NCBI GenBank assembly: GCA_965601925.1
Contig: OZ271854.1
Span: 832,001 to 896,000, forward strand
Source: Alkalispirochaeta sp.
GTDB taxonomy: Bacteria; Spirochaetota; Spirochaetia; DSM-27196; Alkalispirochaetaceae
Direction: 5' to 3'
Length of the DNA: 64,000 bases
Part shown: one piece after another, positions 47,012-56,359 of the stretch
How positions within the stretch are numbered: the stretch's first letter is position 1
How the letters are laid out: every line of letters starts with the position of its first letter
Notes under the pieces: model-generated
What the model was told of the DNA's origin: nothing
Databases searched by the model: none
The model's input: only the letters and a program-made list of their open reading frames with translations
Made by a program: the position numbers and the translations under genes

Positions 47012-48549
47012 AACGGCCCGAAGTTCTTCCCGCGGATCGATACAACACGGTCTTACTCGACAACGTCCACCCGCTCGATTGGACCAATCCGGAACCCTCG
47101 GGCACATACAACGTCGTCGTCGTCGGCGCCGGAACCGCAGGCCTCATCAGCGCCTCGATCGCCGCCTCTCTCGGCGCCCGCACGGCGCTCGTAGAGCGGC
47201 ACTTCTTGGGTGGAGACTGTCTCAACGTCGGGTGCGTACCGTCCAAGGGCGTAATCCGCGGAGCCCGCGCACAAGCCGAGTTGAACTGGCTTCGCACGAG
47301 CGAGCTTGTCGACGACTCCTCGACAATGCCGCGGGTGTCGTTCCCCGCAGTCATGGAACGCCTCCGCCGCATCCGCTCGGAGATCAGCGGGCACGATTCG
47401 GCCGCTCGCTATCGTGACGAGTTCGGCGTCGACGTGTACATCGGCTCCGGACATTATACCGGAAGAAAGACACTGGAGGTTGTCGGAGACGACGGAACGA
47501 CGCGCCAACTACGCTTCTCCCGTTCCATTATCGCTACCGGCGCTCGCGCCGCCGCGCCCCCCATTCCGGGCCTCGATACCGTGCCCTACCTCACGAATGA
47601 AAATCTGTTCTGGCTCACCGAGCTCCCGGAATCGTTGGTCATTATCGGCGCCGGACCAATCGGTTGCGAGATGGCGCAGAGCTTCGCCCGCCTCGGAAGC
47701 AGGGTGGAGCTCGTCGATATGGCTCCCCGTATCCTGCCGCGCGAGGACGCCGACGTTGCGGAAATCGTGCAGAAGGAGCTTGAGCACGCGGGCGTCCACC
47801 TCCATTTGGGTGTTGCCGTAAAAGAGGTCGGCGGCGGCGAGGAAGCAATCGAGGTGCGCTATACTTCCGGGGCGGGTTCCGCCGGTACGGCCGGGGGACG
47901 GAAACTCCTGGTGGCGGTCGGTCGCGCCGCCAATCTCGACGGTCTCGGGCTCGAGGCGGCGGGCGTAAAAGCTCACAAGCGCGGCATTGCGGTCAACGAC
48001 TTTCTACAAACGAGCAATCGCCGCATATACGCCGCCGGAGACGTAGCGAGCCCGTACCAGTTCACCCATACCGCCGAGGCGAATGCGTCGATTGTCGTGC
48101 AGAACGCGCTGTTTATGCGTACGGCGCGTACGAGTCGCCTCGTCGTCCCGTGGTCGACCTATACCAGTCCGGAGGTCGCGCACGCCGGTATCTCCGAGCA
48201 GGATGCGCAAAAGAGCGGGATCGCCGTCGACGTCTATCGTCACGAGCTTTCGGGGGTAGACCGAGCGCGCCTCGACGGCGAGACCGAGGGGTTCGTGAAG
48301 CTCATTACCCCCCGAGGAAAAACGCGCATCCTGGGTGCGACGATCGTAGCAGCCCACGCCGGCGAGATGATGGGAGAGATCGTCTTGGCGATGCAAAACG
48401 GGCTGGGGGTCGACAAGCTGGCCTCAGTCATTCATCCTTACCCCACTCAAGCCGAGGCGGTGAAGCGCGCCGCGGCGGGATACATCAAGAAGAAGCTGAC
48501 GCCGCGTACCAAGCGGATCTTCAGTACGTGGTTTCGTTGGAATCGGTAG
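47008..48549 (+). CDS. class I pyridine nucleotide-disulfide oxidoreductase (MerA/Lpd-like, no C-terminal Cys pair)
   Basis: GAGTAG, GGDCLNVGCVPSK, GAGPIGCE, AAGD, HPYPTQAE; ATGA-coupled to the VTT gene. Confidence 0.92.
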   Translation: MKRPEVLPADRYNTVLLDNVHPLDWTNPEPSGTYNVVVVGAGTAGLISASIAASLGARTALVERHFLGGDCLNVGCVPSKGVIRGARAQAELNWLRTSELVDDSSTMPRVSFPAVMERLRRIRSEISGHDSAARYRDEFGVDVYIGSGHYTGRKTLEVVGDDGTTRQLRFSRSIIATGARAAAPPIPGLDTVPYLTNENLFWLTELPESLVIIGAGPIGCEMAQSFARLGSRVELVDMAPRILPREDADVAEIVQKELEHAGVHLHLGVAVKEVGGGEEAIEVRYTSGAGSAGTAGGRKLLVAVGRAANLDGLGLEAAGVKAHKRGIAVNDFLQTSNRRIYAAGDVASPYQFTHTAEANASIVVQNALFMRTARTSRLVVPWSTYTSPEVAHAGISEQDAQKSGIAVDVYRHELSGVDRARLDGETEGFVKLITPRGKTRILGATIVAAHAGEMMGEIVLAMQNGLGVDKLASVIHPYPTQAEAVKRAAAGYIKKKLTPRTKRIFSTWFRWNR

Positions 48550-48558
48550 CGAGCAGTA

Positions 48559-50202
48559 ATGAAAACGGGCAAACAACAGTCAGTCAGTATCACGATTTTA
48601 GTCTCATTGGCGGTAGCCATATTGGTCATCGAGGCGATTATCCTCGGTTTTTCGGCGCTCTCTCAGCGTCAAACGCTTCTGGATCATTATCGCTTCAAAG
48701 GTGCGATCATCGGGCTGAGCGTGGGAGAGGACGCCGCTACGGATCCCGATCTCTTGGATCGCGCCGCGGCCCGTCTCGCCGACGAAAACGTCATCGCCAT
48801 CTACGATGCCGCAACCTCGCCCCACGCGAACCGGGAGTGGCGGCGGGACGACTTTGGTGGGGAGCATATTCTGGGCGACGATGCGACGATGCACTATCGC
48901 ATAGCGGGTGTAGAGGTCGTCATCGACATTGCGAGTCTTCCCGGCCAACTGCGCGCATACGCCCTGCGAATCGTCGGTCTGGTGGTGATCATCGTGGTGT
49001 TTGTGACCGTGAGCGGCTACATCGTGCTGTACCCGCAGTTGGTCACGCCGCTTCGCCGTCTGGAGGCGCGTCTTACGGCGATATCGGGCGCCGAGGCTGA
49101 CCTCACCGAGCGGCTGGACGTATCGCGCGGCGATGAGATCGGACGTATCGCCAACTCCTTCGATCAGTTCTCGGAAAATCTGCGGCAAATCATGTGCGTC
49201 GTCCAGACGCGCTCCGACGATCTGTTGGAGAGCTCCGATCGCCTCGTGTCGGAGAGCCAGCGTGCGGCGGATAACGTTTCGGCAAACGGCGAAACGGTGC
49301 GCGAAGTGCACACCGAGTTGGAACACCTCGACGGCGAGCTGCAGGCCGCCTCGTCGTCGGTATCGGAGATTACCAACTCGATCACCGGCCTCAATACGTC
49401 GGTTTTGCGTCAGTCGGACGCGCTCGCCGACTCCCTGGCAGCGGTCGAGGAGATGGACGCGTCGATCCGCAGCTTGGACAAGATCGCCAAGGACAAGAAA
49501 CGCCTCACCGACGATCTGGTCGCCCTTGCCAACGAGGCGGGAGAGCAGATCGGTGAGTCGGTATCGGCGATCGGGATGGTCGAGACCTCCACGCAAGATA
49601 TGCTCGACATGATCGACGTGATTAACGCCGTGGCCGAACAGACGAACCTCCTGGCGATGAACGCCGCGATAGAGGCGGCGCACGCCGGCGAATACGGAAA
49701 GGGCTTTGCCGTAGTCTCCGACGAGATCAGAAAGCTCTCGGAGCTCTCCGGCGAGAACGCGAGCAAGATCAACGCCAATCTTCAGCGCGATGTGGCGCGT
49801 ATCCACGACGCGGGCGAGATCAACCGAAAAGCGCGCGAAGCGTTCGAACGAATCGTCGAGAGTATTCAAGACGTAGCGCAGTCCATGGGAGAGATGTTGG
49901 CGAGCCTCAATGAGCAGTCCGAGGCGAGCCGAGAGATCGTAAAGGCGCTCACGGAAATCAGAGAGGTGACCGATCGCGTGCAGTCGGAGTCGGAACGCAT
50001 CAACGGCAGGGTCGGCTCCATTAACGAGACCGTGGAAGAGCTCGCCGGGTCATCCAGCGCCGTCAATACTCGCATGCAGACGGTCGGCGAACGGATCGGC
50101 AACATCATCGGCGCCATCTCGGAGGTCAACGAGATCGTGCAGGGCAATCAAGAACAGATGCGAGAGCTGATCGGCCTCGTACGGCGGTTTCGCACCACTT
50201 GA
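48559..50202 (+). CDS. methyl-accepting chemotaxis protein
   Basis: Two TM, HAMP (DEIG), [35 protein letters not shown]. Confidence 0.96.
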   Translation: MKTGKQQSVSITILVSLAVAILVIEAIILGFSALSQRQTLLDHYRFKGAIIGLSVGEDAATDPDLLDRAAARLADENVIAIYDAATSPHANREWRRDDFGGEHILGDDATMHYRIAGVEVVIDIASLPGQLRAYALRIVGLVVIIVVFVTVSGYIVLYPQLVTPLRRLEARLTAISGAEADLTERLDVSRGDEIGRIANSFDQFSENLRQIMCVVQTRSDDLLESSDRLVSESQRAADNVSANGETVREVHTELEHLDGELQAASSSVSEITNSITGLNTSVLRQSDALADSLAAVEEMDASIRSLDKIAKDKKRLTDDLVALANEAGEQIGESVSAIGMVETSTQDMLDMIDVINAVAEQTNLLAMNAAIEAAHAGEYGKGFAVVSDEIRKLSELSGENASKINANLQRDVARIHDAGEINRKAREAFERIVESIQDVAQSMGEMLASLNEQSEASREIVKALTEIREVTDRVQSESERINGRVGSINETVEELAGSSSAVNTRMQTVGERIGNIIGAISEVNEIVQGNQEQMRELIGLVRRFRTT

Positions 50203-50244
50203 CGAAGCGTCTCTCACGCCCGTACACTCGCTGCAGACACTATT

Positions 50245-50340
50245 ATCGTATACGGGGAGCTGGAGATTCCGGCTGAGAGGAAGCGTAGCGCTTCGACCCA
50301 TCGAACCTGATCCGGATAATGCCGGTGTAGGGAATCGGAG
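50245..50340 (+). ncRNA. TPP riboswitch (THI element)
   Basis: GGGGAGC...GCTGAGA...GACCC..GAACCTGATCCGGATAATGCCGGTGTAGGGA; lies upstream of a NMT1/THI5-family gene. Confidence 0.95.
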
Positions 50341-50351
50341 TCGACTTGTAG

Positions 50352-50380
50352 AGCCTTTCGCCCCGGTGGAAGGTTTTTTT
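50352..50380 (+). terminator. riboswitch attenuator terminator
   Basis: AGCCTTTCGC-CCCG-GTGGAAGGTT followed by a U-tract. Confidence 0.75.
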
Positions 50381-50473
50381 ATTTCCTTCACGGACTAAAA
50401 CCGACCATTCCGCCCGGCGCGACACCCCTTCCTCTTCACAGCCCACCCTCGTTCCATCGTCCCCGGGGAGGAA

Positions 50474-51511
50474 ATGATGAATCGACGATTTCACAGATCG
50501 ATCGCGATATTCGCGATTCTGAGCGTATCGGCACTTCCGTTGTCGGCGGCGGGACGGGGAGAGCGGCGGGCCGATGAGGCGACACCCCGATCCGACGATA
50601 CTCAATTACAACCGATCACGGTGGTTCTGGACTGGCTTCCCAACACCAACCACGCCGGGCTCTATCTCGCCGTGGACCGCGGCCGGTTTGCCGATGAGGG
50701 GCTCGACGTAGAAATCGTGCAGCCGTCGGAGGTGGGGAGTGAGGCGCTCGTCGCCGCCGGCGCCGGACAGTTCGGCATCAGTCACCAGGAGGCGCTTACC
50801 TTTGCCCGCACCGCGGATGCGCCGCTGCCCATCGTGGCGATCGCCACGATTCTACAGCATAATACCTCCGGTTACGCCGCTCCCTCCGCACGCGGCTTCG
50901 CGAATCCCGGCGCCTTCGAAGGTGCGCGATACGGCGGATGGGGAACGCCGTACGAGGACGCGATGCTCGACGCGGTGATGGGTCCATTCGGCGGCGACGC
51001 GAGTAGTGTAGAGGTAGTAAACGTCGGCACGATGGATATCCTGGTCGCATTTGAACGAGAGATCGACTTCACGTGGATCTTCTACGGTTGGGATGGCGTC
51101 CGCGCCGAGGTTCAAGGCGTCGAGTTGGATTACTTTCCCTTGGTGGAGTTTGACGAGCGGCTGGATTACTATACCCCGATCTTTATCACCAGCGAACAGA
51201 TGATTGTCGACAGTCCCGAGACGGTCGAGGCGTTTCTCCGCGCTCTTTCACGGGGATACGAGGAGGCGATCGACGACCCGGCCGAGGCCGCGGCGGTGCT
51301 GAGGCGTTATGCGCCGGAGATCGCGGACGAGCACGCCCGACGCAGTCTCGACTACCTCGCCTCCTATTTTCGTGCCGATGCGGACCGTTGGGGCGTCATG
51401 GATCGAGCGGTGTGGGAAAACTTCACGACATTTATGGATGAAAACGGATTGTTACCCCGACCGCTCGATGTCGAGGCGGCGTTTACGAACGAGTACCTAC
51501 CCCGCGAGTAG
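50474..51511 (+). CDS. thiY: NMT1/THI5-family ABC substrate-binding protein (ThiY-like)
   Basis: LDWLPNTNH.G, QHNTSG, YGGWG, WIFYGW, DYYTP, AFTNEYLP; TPP riboswitch. Confidence 0.88.
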   Translation: MMNRRFHRSIAIFAILSVSALPLSAAGRGERRADEATPRSDDTQLQPITVVLDWLPNTNHAGLYLAVDRGRFADEGLDVEIVQPSEVGSEALVAAGAGQFGISHQEALTFARTADAPLPIVAIATILQHNTSGYAAPSARGFANPGAFEGARYGGWGTPYEDAMLDAVMGPFGGDASSVEVVNVGTMDILVAFEREIDFTWIFYGWDGVRAEVQGVELDYFPLVEFDERLDYYTPIFITSEQMIVDSPETVEAFLRALSRGYEEAIDDPAEAAAVLRRYAPEIADEHARRSLDYLASYFRADADRWGVMDRAVWENFTTFMDENGLLPRPLDVEAAFTNEYLPRE

Positions 51512-51547
51512 CGCGAGACGCGGCGGCGAAGTCGGCCGGAGGGTGTG

Positions 51548-51997
51548 TTAACACCGCCCTCCGTCAATGCCGAGTTCTTCGCGCACAAATCGGGATGCAG
51601 CCTCGCGGATTCGGTCTCGAATCGGTCGGATCGCCGCACGCTTGTCGTCCTCGGTACCGCCTGCACGAGAGGGGTCGGGAAAGGGCCAGTGCAACCGCTT
51701 GCGTTCGGCGGGAAAGATAGGGCACCGCTCCGCGACTTCGGGGTCGCATACGGCAATGACGTAATCGTAGGCCGCCCCTCGCCGGTGAAGATCAAAGACG
51801 CTCTTCGTCGCCTTGCCGCGGATGTCGATCCCGTCCTCCAAAAGGAGCTCGACGACAATTGGGTTGAGCGTACCGGGCTCAAGACCGGCACTTTCGACTT
51901 CTACGGCGTCGCCTGCGCACAACCGGATAAACTCTTCAGTCATCTGGCTTCGCGCGCTATTGTGAATACAGATAGCCAGGACTCGCGGCTTGGACAC
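51548..51997 (-). CDS. arsC: LMW-PTP-fold arsenate reductase (thioredoxin type)
   Basis: CIHNSARSQM P-loop, SAGLEP, VCD....ERCPIFP, HW.FPDP; GTG 51997 with GGAGG RBS. Confidence 0.85.
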   Translation of the reverse strand: MSKPRVLAICIHNSARSQMTEEFIRLCAGDAVEVESAGLEPGTLNPIVVELLLEDGIDIRGKATKSVFDLHRRGAAYDYVIAVCDPEVAERCPIFPAERKRLHWPFPDPSRAGGTEDDKRAAIRPIRDRIREAASRFVREELGIDGGRC

Positions 51998-52191
51998 GAA
52001 CTTCGACCTCCCTGGAGGGCCGAGTTGCACAGACCGCCGGTCGAAGACGACACCGCGCCCCCCTGAGCGCGTCTTCGACATACCGTCGGTCTCAATGTAA
52101 CGCTCGCCGGAGGGCGGAGAAAAGCAGAATACACGCTCATAACACGCTCGCCCTCACCGAATCCTCACGATTGCACGACACAATTCACATC

Positions 52192-53094
52192 ATGACTGAG
52201 TCCGATCTTCGAAAACGACTCAATGTCGTCGACGTAGCGACGGGGTTCGTCTTCGGATCCGCTGCGCTCGTGACCGCTTCGGTCACGTTCGTCATACTCA
52301 TATTTTTCCTGAACGAATCGCGCGGATTCTTTCAAGCCTCGACATTTTCCTTTAGGGAGTTTTTCCTCGGAACGTCGTGGAGACCGGCGCTGGAGGAGTT
52401 CGGCATCTTGCCGCTACTCGTTCCGACGGTCGTAGTAGCGGCAATCGCCGTCGCAGTCGCCATGCCGTTCGGGATATCTATCGCGGTACTACTCAACGAA
52501 TACGCGAGTCCCGTTGCGCGGCGTATCTTCAAGCCGATACTGGAGATGGTCGCCGGTATTCCGACGGTCGTGTTCGGTTACTTCGCGCTCACAAAGCTCA
52601 CGCCGTTCTTGCAGAATCTCTTGGGCCCGGAGCGCGTCGAGCCGTTCAACCTGCTCTCGGCGGGACTTACGATCGGACTGCTCATTACACCGACGGTCTT
52701 CACCATTATGGACGAGCGCTTCTCACGGATCCCCGCGCATCTGCGTGAGGCGCCGCTGTCGGTCGGCGCAAACCGCTTCGAGGCGTTTCGTAAGGCGGTC
52801 ATGCCCGCAAGCAAAACAACGATGAGAGCGACGTTGGTTCTCACCTTTTCGCGCGCCGTCGGGGAATCGATGATCGTCTCCCTCGCTGCGGGTAGCGGAT
52901 CGGTACTGACGGCCAATCCGTTACGGGGAGCGGAGACGATGACCGGATACATCGTACGCATCACCCGCGGCGATGTGGCGTTCGGAACGTTCGATTACAC
53001 AAGCATCTTTGCCCTGGCGGTCGCGTTGTACCTCATCTCGCTCTGCATGATCGTCATCAGTCGACGAAGCGACAAAAAAGGTATCGGAGTATGA
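52192..53094 (+). CDS. pstC: phosphate ABC permease PstC
   Basis: FGILPLL, EYAS, KPILE.VAGIPTVVFGYF, SRAVGESM. Confidence 0.93.
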   Translation: MTESDLRKRLNVVDVATGFVFGSAALVTASVTFVILIFFLNESRGFFQASTFSFREFFLGTSWRPALEEFGILPLLVPTVVVAAIAVAVAMPFGISIAVLLNEYASPVARRIFKPILEMVAGIPTVVFGYFALTKLTPFLQNLLGPERVEPFNLLSAGLTIGLLITPTVFTIMDERFSRIPAHLREAPLSVGANRFEAFRKAVMPASKTTMRATLVLTFSRAVGESMIVSLAAGSGSVLTANPLRGAETMTGYIVRITRGDVAFGTFDYTSIFALAVALYLISLCMIVISRRSDKKGIGV

Positions 53095-54356
53095 GTTCAA
53101 CACATCTCATCGATAGCGCCCAGCTCAGTCTGGTACGGGTACGACACAGGGTCGGTATTGTATGGGTGTCGCTCCTTATGGTAGCGGCCGCCGCCGCCTG
53201 CGTCATGATAACGTGGCTTCTTCTCGGGATCGTGAACGACGCATTCGGGTACGTTTTGGTCTCCTATGAAGTAGACCCGCCGGCAGGGATAGAGGAGTAC
53301 GACGAGGCCGCGCTGGCGGAGCTGGTTCGCGCGGACGCCGGCGCCGGAATCGTGCGTCGCTACGAGCAGGAGGGCGCGCTCGAAGCTCTCTCTCGCGCGC
53401 GCCTGCGGGAGATTGCCGAGACTCACGTATTTCGGCCGTCGGTAGTCGACACGTGGTCATTATCCGAATCGTTGCTTCGGACTTCATACATTCGCGATCG
53501 TATGGACGAGACGACGGGCACCGAACTGCGTTTTCGCGCATGGATTCGTCCCTCCTTTCTCACCCAACCGCTGGAGCGCCGCCCACTCACCACCGGTATT
53601 CGCACGGCGCTGCTCGGTACGGTCTGGATCGTTGCGGTGAGTCTTGCGATCGCATTTCCCATCGGCGTGGCGACGGCGGTGTTTTTGACCGAATATGATC
53701 GCGGCGGACGGTTTTCCCGGTTCGTTCGCAGCAACATCGAAACGATGGCTTCAATTCCGTCGATCATCTACGGAATACTCGGCTTGGCGCTCTTTGTTCG
53801 GAGCTTAGGCCCCATCACCAGCGGGGCCGCATTCGGAGTAGACGGAGTGGGGACGGTGGGACGTACGGTACTATCGGCGGCGCTCACCCTGGCGATTCTT
53901 GTACTTCCGTCGATCGTCATAAACAGCCGAGATATCCTGGAGCAGATCCCCCACAGTTATCGCGAAGCGTGCTATGCCGTCGGTGCGTCGCGTTCGGCGG
54001 TCGTTCTGAGGCGCATTCTTCCGGCGGTGTCGGGACAGCTCATCACGGTGCTTTTTCTCGGGATATCACGGGTCATCGGTGAGACGGCGCCGCTATTGGT
54101 CGTCGGCGCCGCAGCGTTTATATCGGTAGATCCGCAGGGCGTCTTCTCGCGCTTCACCGCGTTACCGGCTCAGGTTTTTTACTGGTCCGCACGGCCCGGT
54201 CTCGAGTATCAACGCCTTGCCGCGGCGGCGATCATCGTTCTACTCGCCCTATCGACAACGATCAATCTCGGACTGAGAGCCCTCGGCAAGCACTTGGATC
54301 GCCGATCGTCGGTAGGGGTGGAAAAACGCGAAGCGGGGGAACACAATGCACGATAA
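53091..54356 (+). CDS. pstA: phosphate ABC permease PstA with large extracytoplasmic loop
   Basis: PSIIYGILGL, LTLAILVLP, SRVIGETAP, FTALP.Q. Confidence 0.92.
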   Translation: MSSTHLIDSAQLSLVRVRHRVGIVWVSLLMVAAAAACVMITWLLLGIVNDAFGYVLVSYEVDPPAGIEEYDEAALAELVRADAGAGIVRRYEQEGALEALSRARLREIAETHVFRPSVVDTWSLSESLLRTSYIRDRMDETTGTELRFRAWIRPSFLTQPLERRPLTTGIRTALLGTVWIVAVSLAIAFPIGVATAVFLTEYDRGGRFSRFVRSNIETMASIPSIIYGILGLALFVRSLGPITSGAAFGVDGVGTVGRTVLSAALTLAILVLPSIVINSRDILEQIPHSYREACYAVGASRSAVVLRRILPAVSGQLITVLFLGISRVIGETAPLLVVGAAAFISVDPQGVFSRFTALPAQVFYWSARPGLEYQRLAAAAIIVLLALSTTINLGLRALGKHLDRRSSVGVEKREAGEHNAR

Positions 54357-55221
54357 CGCCATTCAGTTTCAGGGAGCATCTCCTCGGACAACGGATCCCA
54401 ACCTCCTACCCGAGGCGAAGCAACCGGTCATCGAGACCAAACAGCTGTCCGTAGCATTTCGCAACCAACCGGTCATTCGAAACGTGGATCTCTCATTTCA
54501 CGTCGGAACCGCGACCTCGATCGTCGGACCCTCCGGGAGCGGCAAGACGAGCTTCCTTCGGACGCTCAATCGGATCATAGAAATAGAACCGCACGCTCGC
54601 GTTACCGGGAGTGTGTTCTACCACGGAATCGATATCTATCGGCACGACATCGACCCGACATTGGTGCGTCGCCGCATCGGCATGGTATTTCAACGAGCCA
54701 ACCCCTATCCGACCAGCATATGGGACAACGTCGCCTGGGGTCTCCAGATAAACGGCATTCGCGACCGTTTGGGAGACCGAATCGAAGAGGCGCTCACTCG
54801 TGCTGCGCTGTGGTCCGAAGTAAAAAAGAACTTACGACGCAACGCACTCGAACTGTCGGGCGGTCAACAACAACGGCTGTGCATCGCCCGCGCCATCGCG
54901 CTCAATCCCGATGTGCTCCTCTTTGACGAGCCGACGAGTCACCTCGATCCGGTTACCGCGGGGGAGATCGAGGAGCTCATCGGCCGGCTGAAACAAGATC
55001 ATACCATCCTGGTCGTTACCCACGATCTCAACATGGCCGCACGCGTCTCGGATTACGTAGCGTTTTTCCGTCTCGACGAAGAGGGCGTCGGATACTTGGA
55101 AGTGTACGACTCGAACATCAACTTCTTCGTGCGGTCCGCGAGCCGCGTCGTGAACGAATACATAACACGCAACCAATGGATGTGGCAGGAACCGATCGAC
55201 GGAGCGGGCACGATCGGATAA
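54346..55221 (+). CDS. pstB: phosphate ABC ATPase PstB
   Basis: GPSGSGKTS.LR.LNR, GMVFQ.ANP, LSGGQQQRLCIARAIA, DEPTS.LDP. Confidence 0.95.
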   Translation: MHDNAIQFQGASPRTTDPNLLPEAKQPVIETKQLSVAFRNQPVIRNVDLSFHVGTATSIVGPSGSGKTSFLRTLNRIIEIEPHARVTGSVFYHGIDIYRHDIDPTLVRRRIGMVFQRANPYPTSIWDNVAWGLQINGIRDRLGDRIEEALTRAALWSEVKKNLRRNALELSGGQQQRLCIARAIALNPDVLLFDEPTSHLDPVTAGEIEELIGRLKQDHTILVVTHDLNMAARVSDYVAFFRLDEEGVGYLEVYDSNINFFVRSASRVVNEYITRNQWMWQEPIDGAGTIG

Positions 55222-55348
55222 AAGGAGCGTAGCGCGTCGTTACCTCCTATCGCCGCGGAACATCGTCTTTATCATGCGAAAATTCGGCCTCTGTCGGTGA
55301 AAAGTGCTACCATTTGGTTAATGCATCGGCTTACGCTATCATTACATC

Positions 55349-56359
55349 GTGGAACGAGGTAATCGCGAGGCTGATACATACAACACCATTGCGATGCGAT
55401 CCGGGAGTGATGCGCACGACGTGCTACACTTCTCTCGCACGCGCAGGATACTCTTCATCGTAGTTCCGCTGATCGTCGTAGCCGCCGGGTGGAGCGGCGT
55501 GGTAGCACGCAGCGCTCGTCCGACGCAAACGATCATCATGAGCTGCCGGGACGCCCAGGCGACGAGCATAAACGGAGCCGTGCAAGGCATGACGGTGAAC
55601 ATCGATGTGTTGACTATGATCGGCGTTACCCTCATTACCTCGCTGGCGTCTCTCTTACTCTTCAATAAAGACGAGAAGATCGAACTCATGCGGCTGCGCA
55701 CCGCGAACGAGAAACTGTGCGCATCCAACGAACACAAAGAAACGCTCATACGCGATCTCTACCATCGAACCAAAAATAACATGCACGTCATTCACTCGAT
55801 GTTGAACCTTGCGGCGTCGGACAGCACGTCGCCGGAAGTCGCCGATATTGCGCTGGAGGTGGGTAACCGCGTGCAGTCCCTGGCCCTTGTGCACGAGAAG
55901 CTCCATCGGGCGCACGATCTCTCGCGCATAAACCTCGGAGAGTACGTATCGGATGTAGTCGCGATGATCATTGGAAGCTACTCGGCGTTTCGTGACCGCA
56001 TCAGAATCGCATGTTCGACCGAGGAGATACCGGTCTGCATTGATACCGCCGCTCCGTGCGGCTTTGTGGTGAGCGAGCTGCTTTCCAACGCGGCAAAACA
56101 TGCGTTTCCCGTCGGTCACGAGGGTATGGTCAGCATAGACGTACGCAGAGACGGCGCCGACGGAGTCGTGTTCGAGTACGCTGACGACGGCAAAGGCGTG
56201 CCTCCGGAGTTCGACTTCACCGCACAGTCCGGCACGGGCGTTAAGACGCTGATCTCCCTTGTCGAGCATCAGCTCCGGGGAACCATACGGTTTGATAGTA
56301 GCCGAGGCGTCGCGGTGAGCATAACGTTTCCGAGCGGTCTTCACGGGGAGAACGTGTGA
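55349..56359 (+). CDS. HisKA_2/HWE-type sensor histidine kinase
   Basis: LYHRTKNN H-box, RVQSLALVHEKL, ELLSNAAKHAF, DDGKG; start uncertain. Confidence 0.88.
   Translation: MERGNREADTYNTIAMRSGSDAHDVLHFSRTRRILFIVVPLIVVAAGWSGVVARSARPTQTIIMSCRDAQATSINGAVQGMTVNIDVLTMIGVTLITSLASLLLFNKDEKIELMRLRTANEKLCASNEHKETLIRDLYHRTKNNMHVIHSMLNLAASDSTSPEVADIALEVGNRVQSLALVHEKLHRAHDLSRINLGEYVSDVVAMIIGSYSAFRDRIRIACSTEEIPVCIDTAAPCGFVVSELLSNAAKHAFPVGHEGMVSIDVRRDGADGVVFEYADDGKGVPPEFDFTAQSGTGVKTLISLVEHQLRGTIRFDSSRGVAVSITFPSGLHGENV

Noticed and set aside
47008..48549. merA / mercury resistance call
   Set aside because: No C-terminal Cys pair, no NmerA domain, and no merR, merT or merP nearby.
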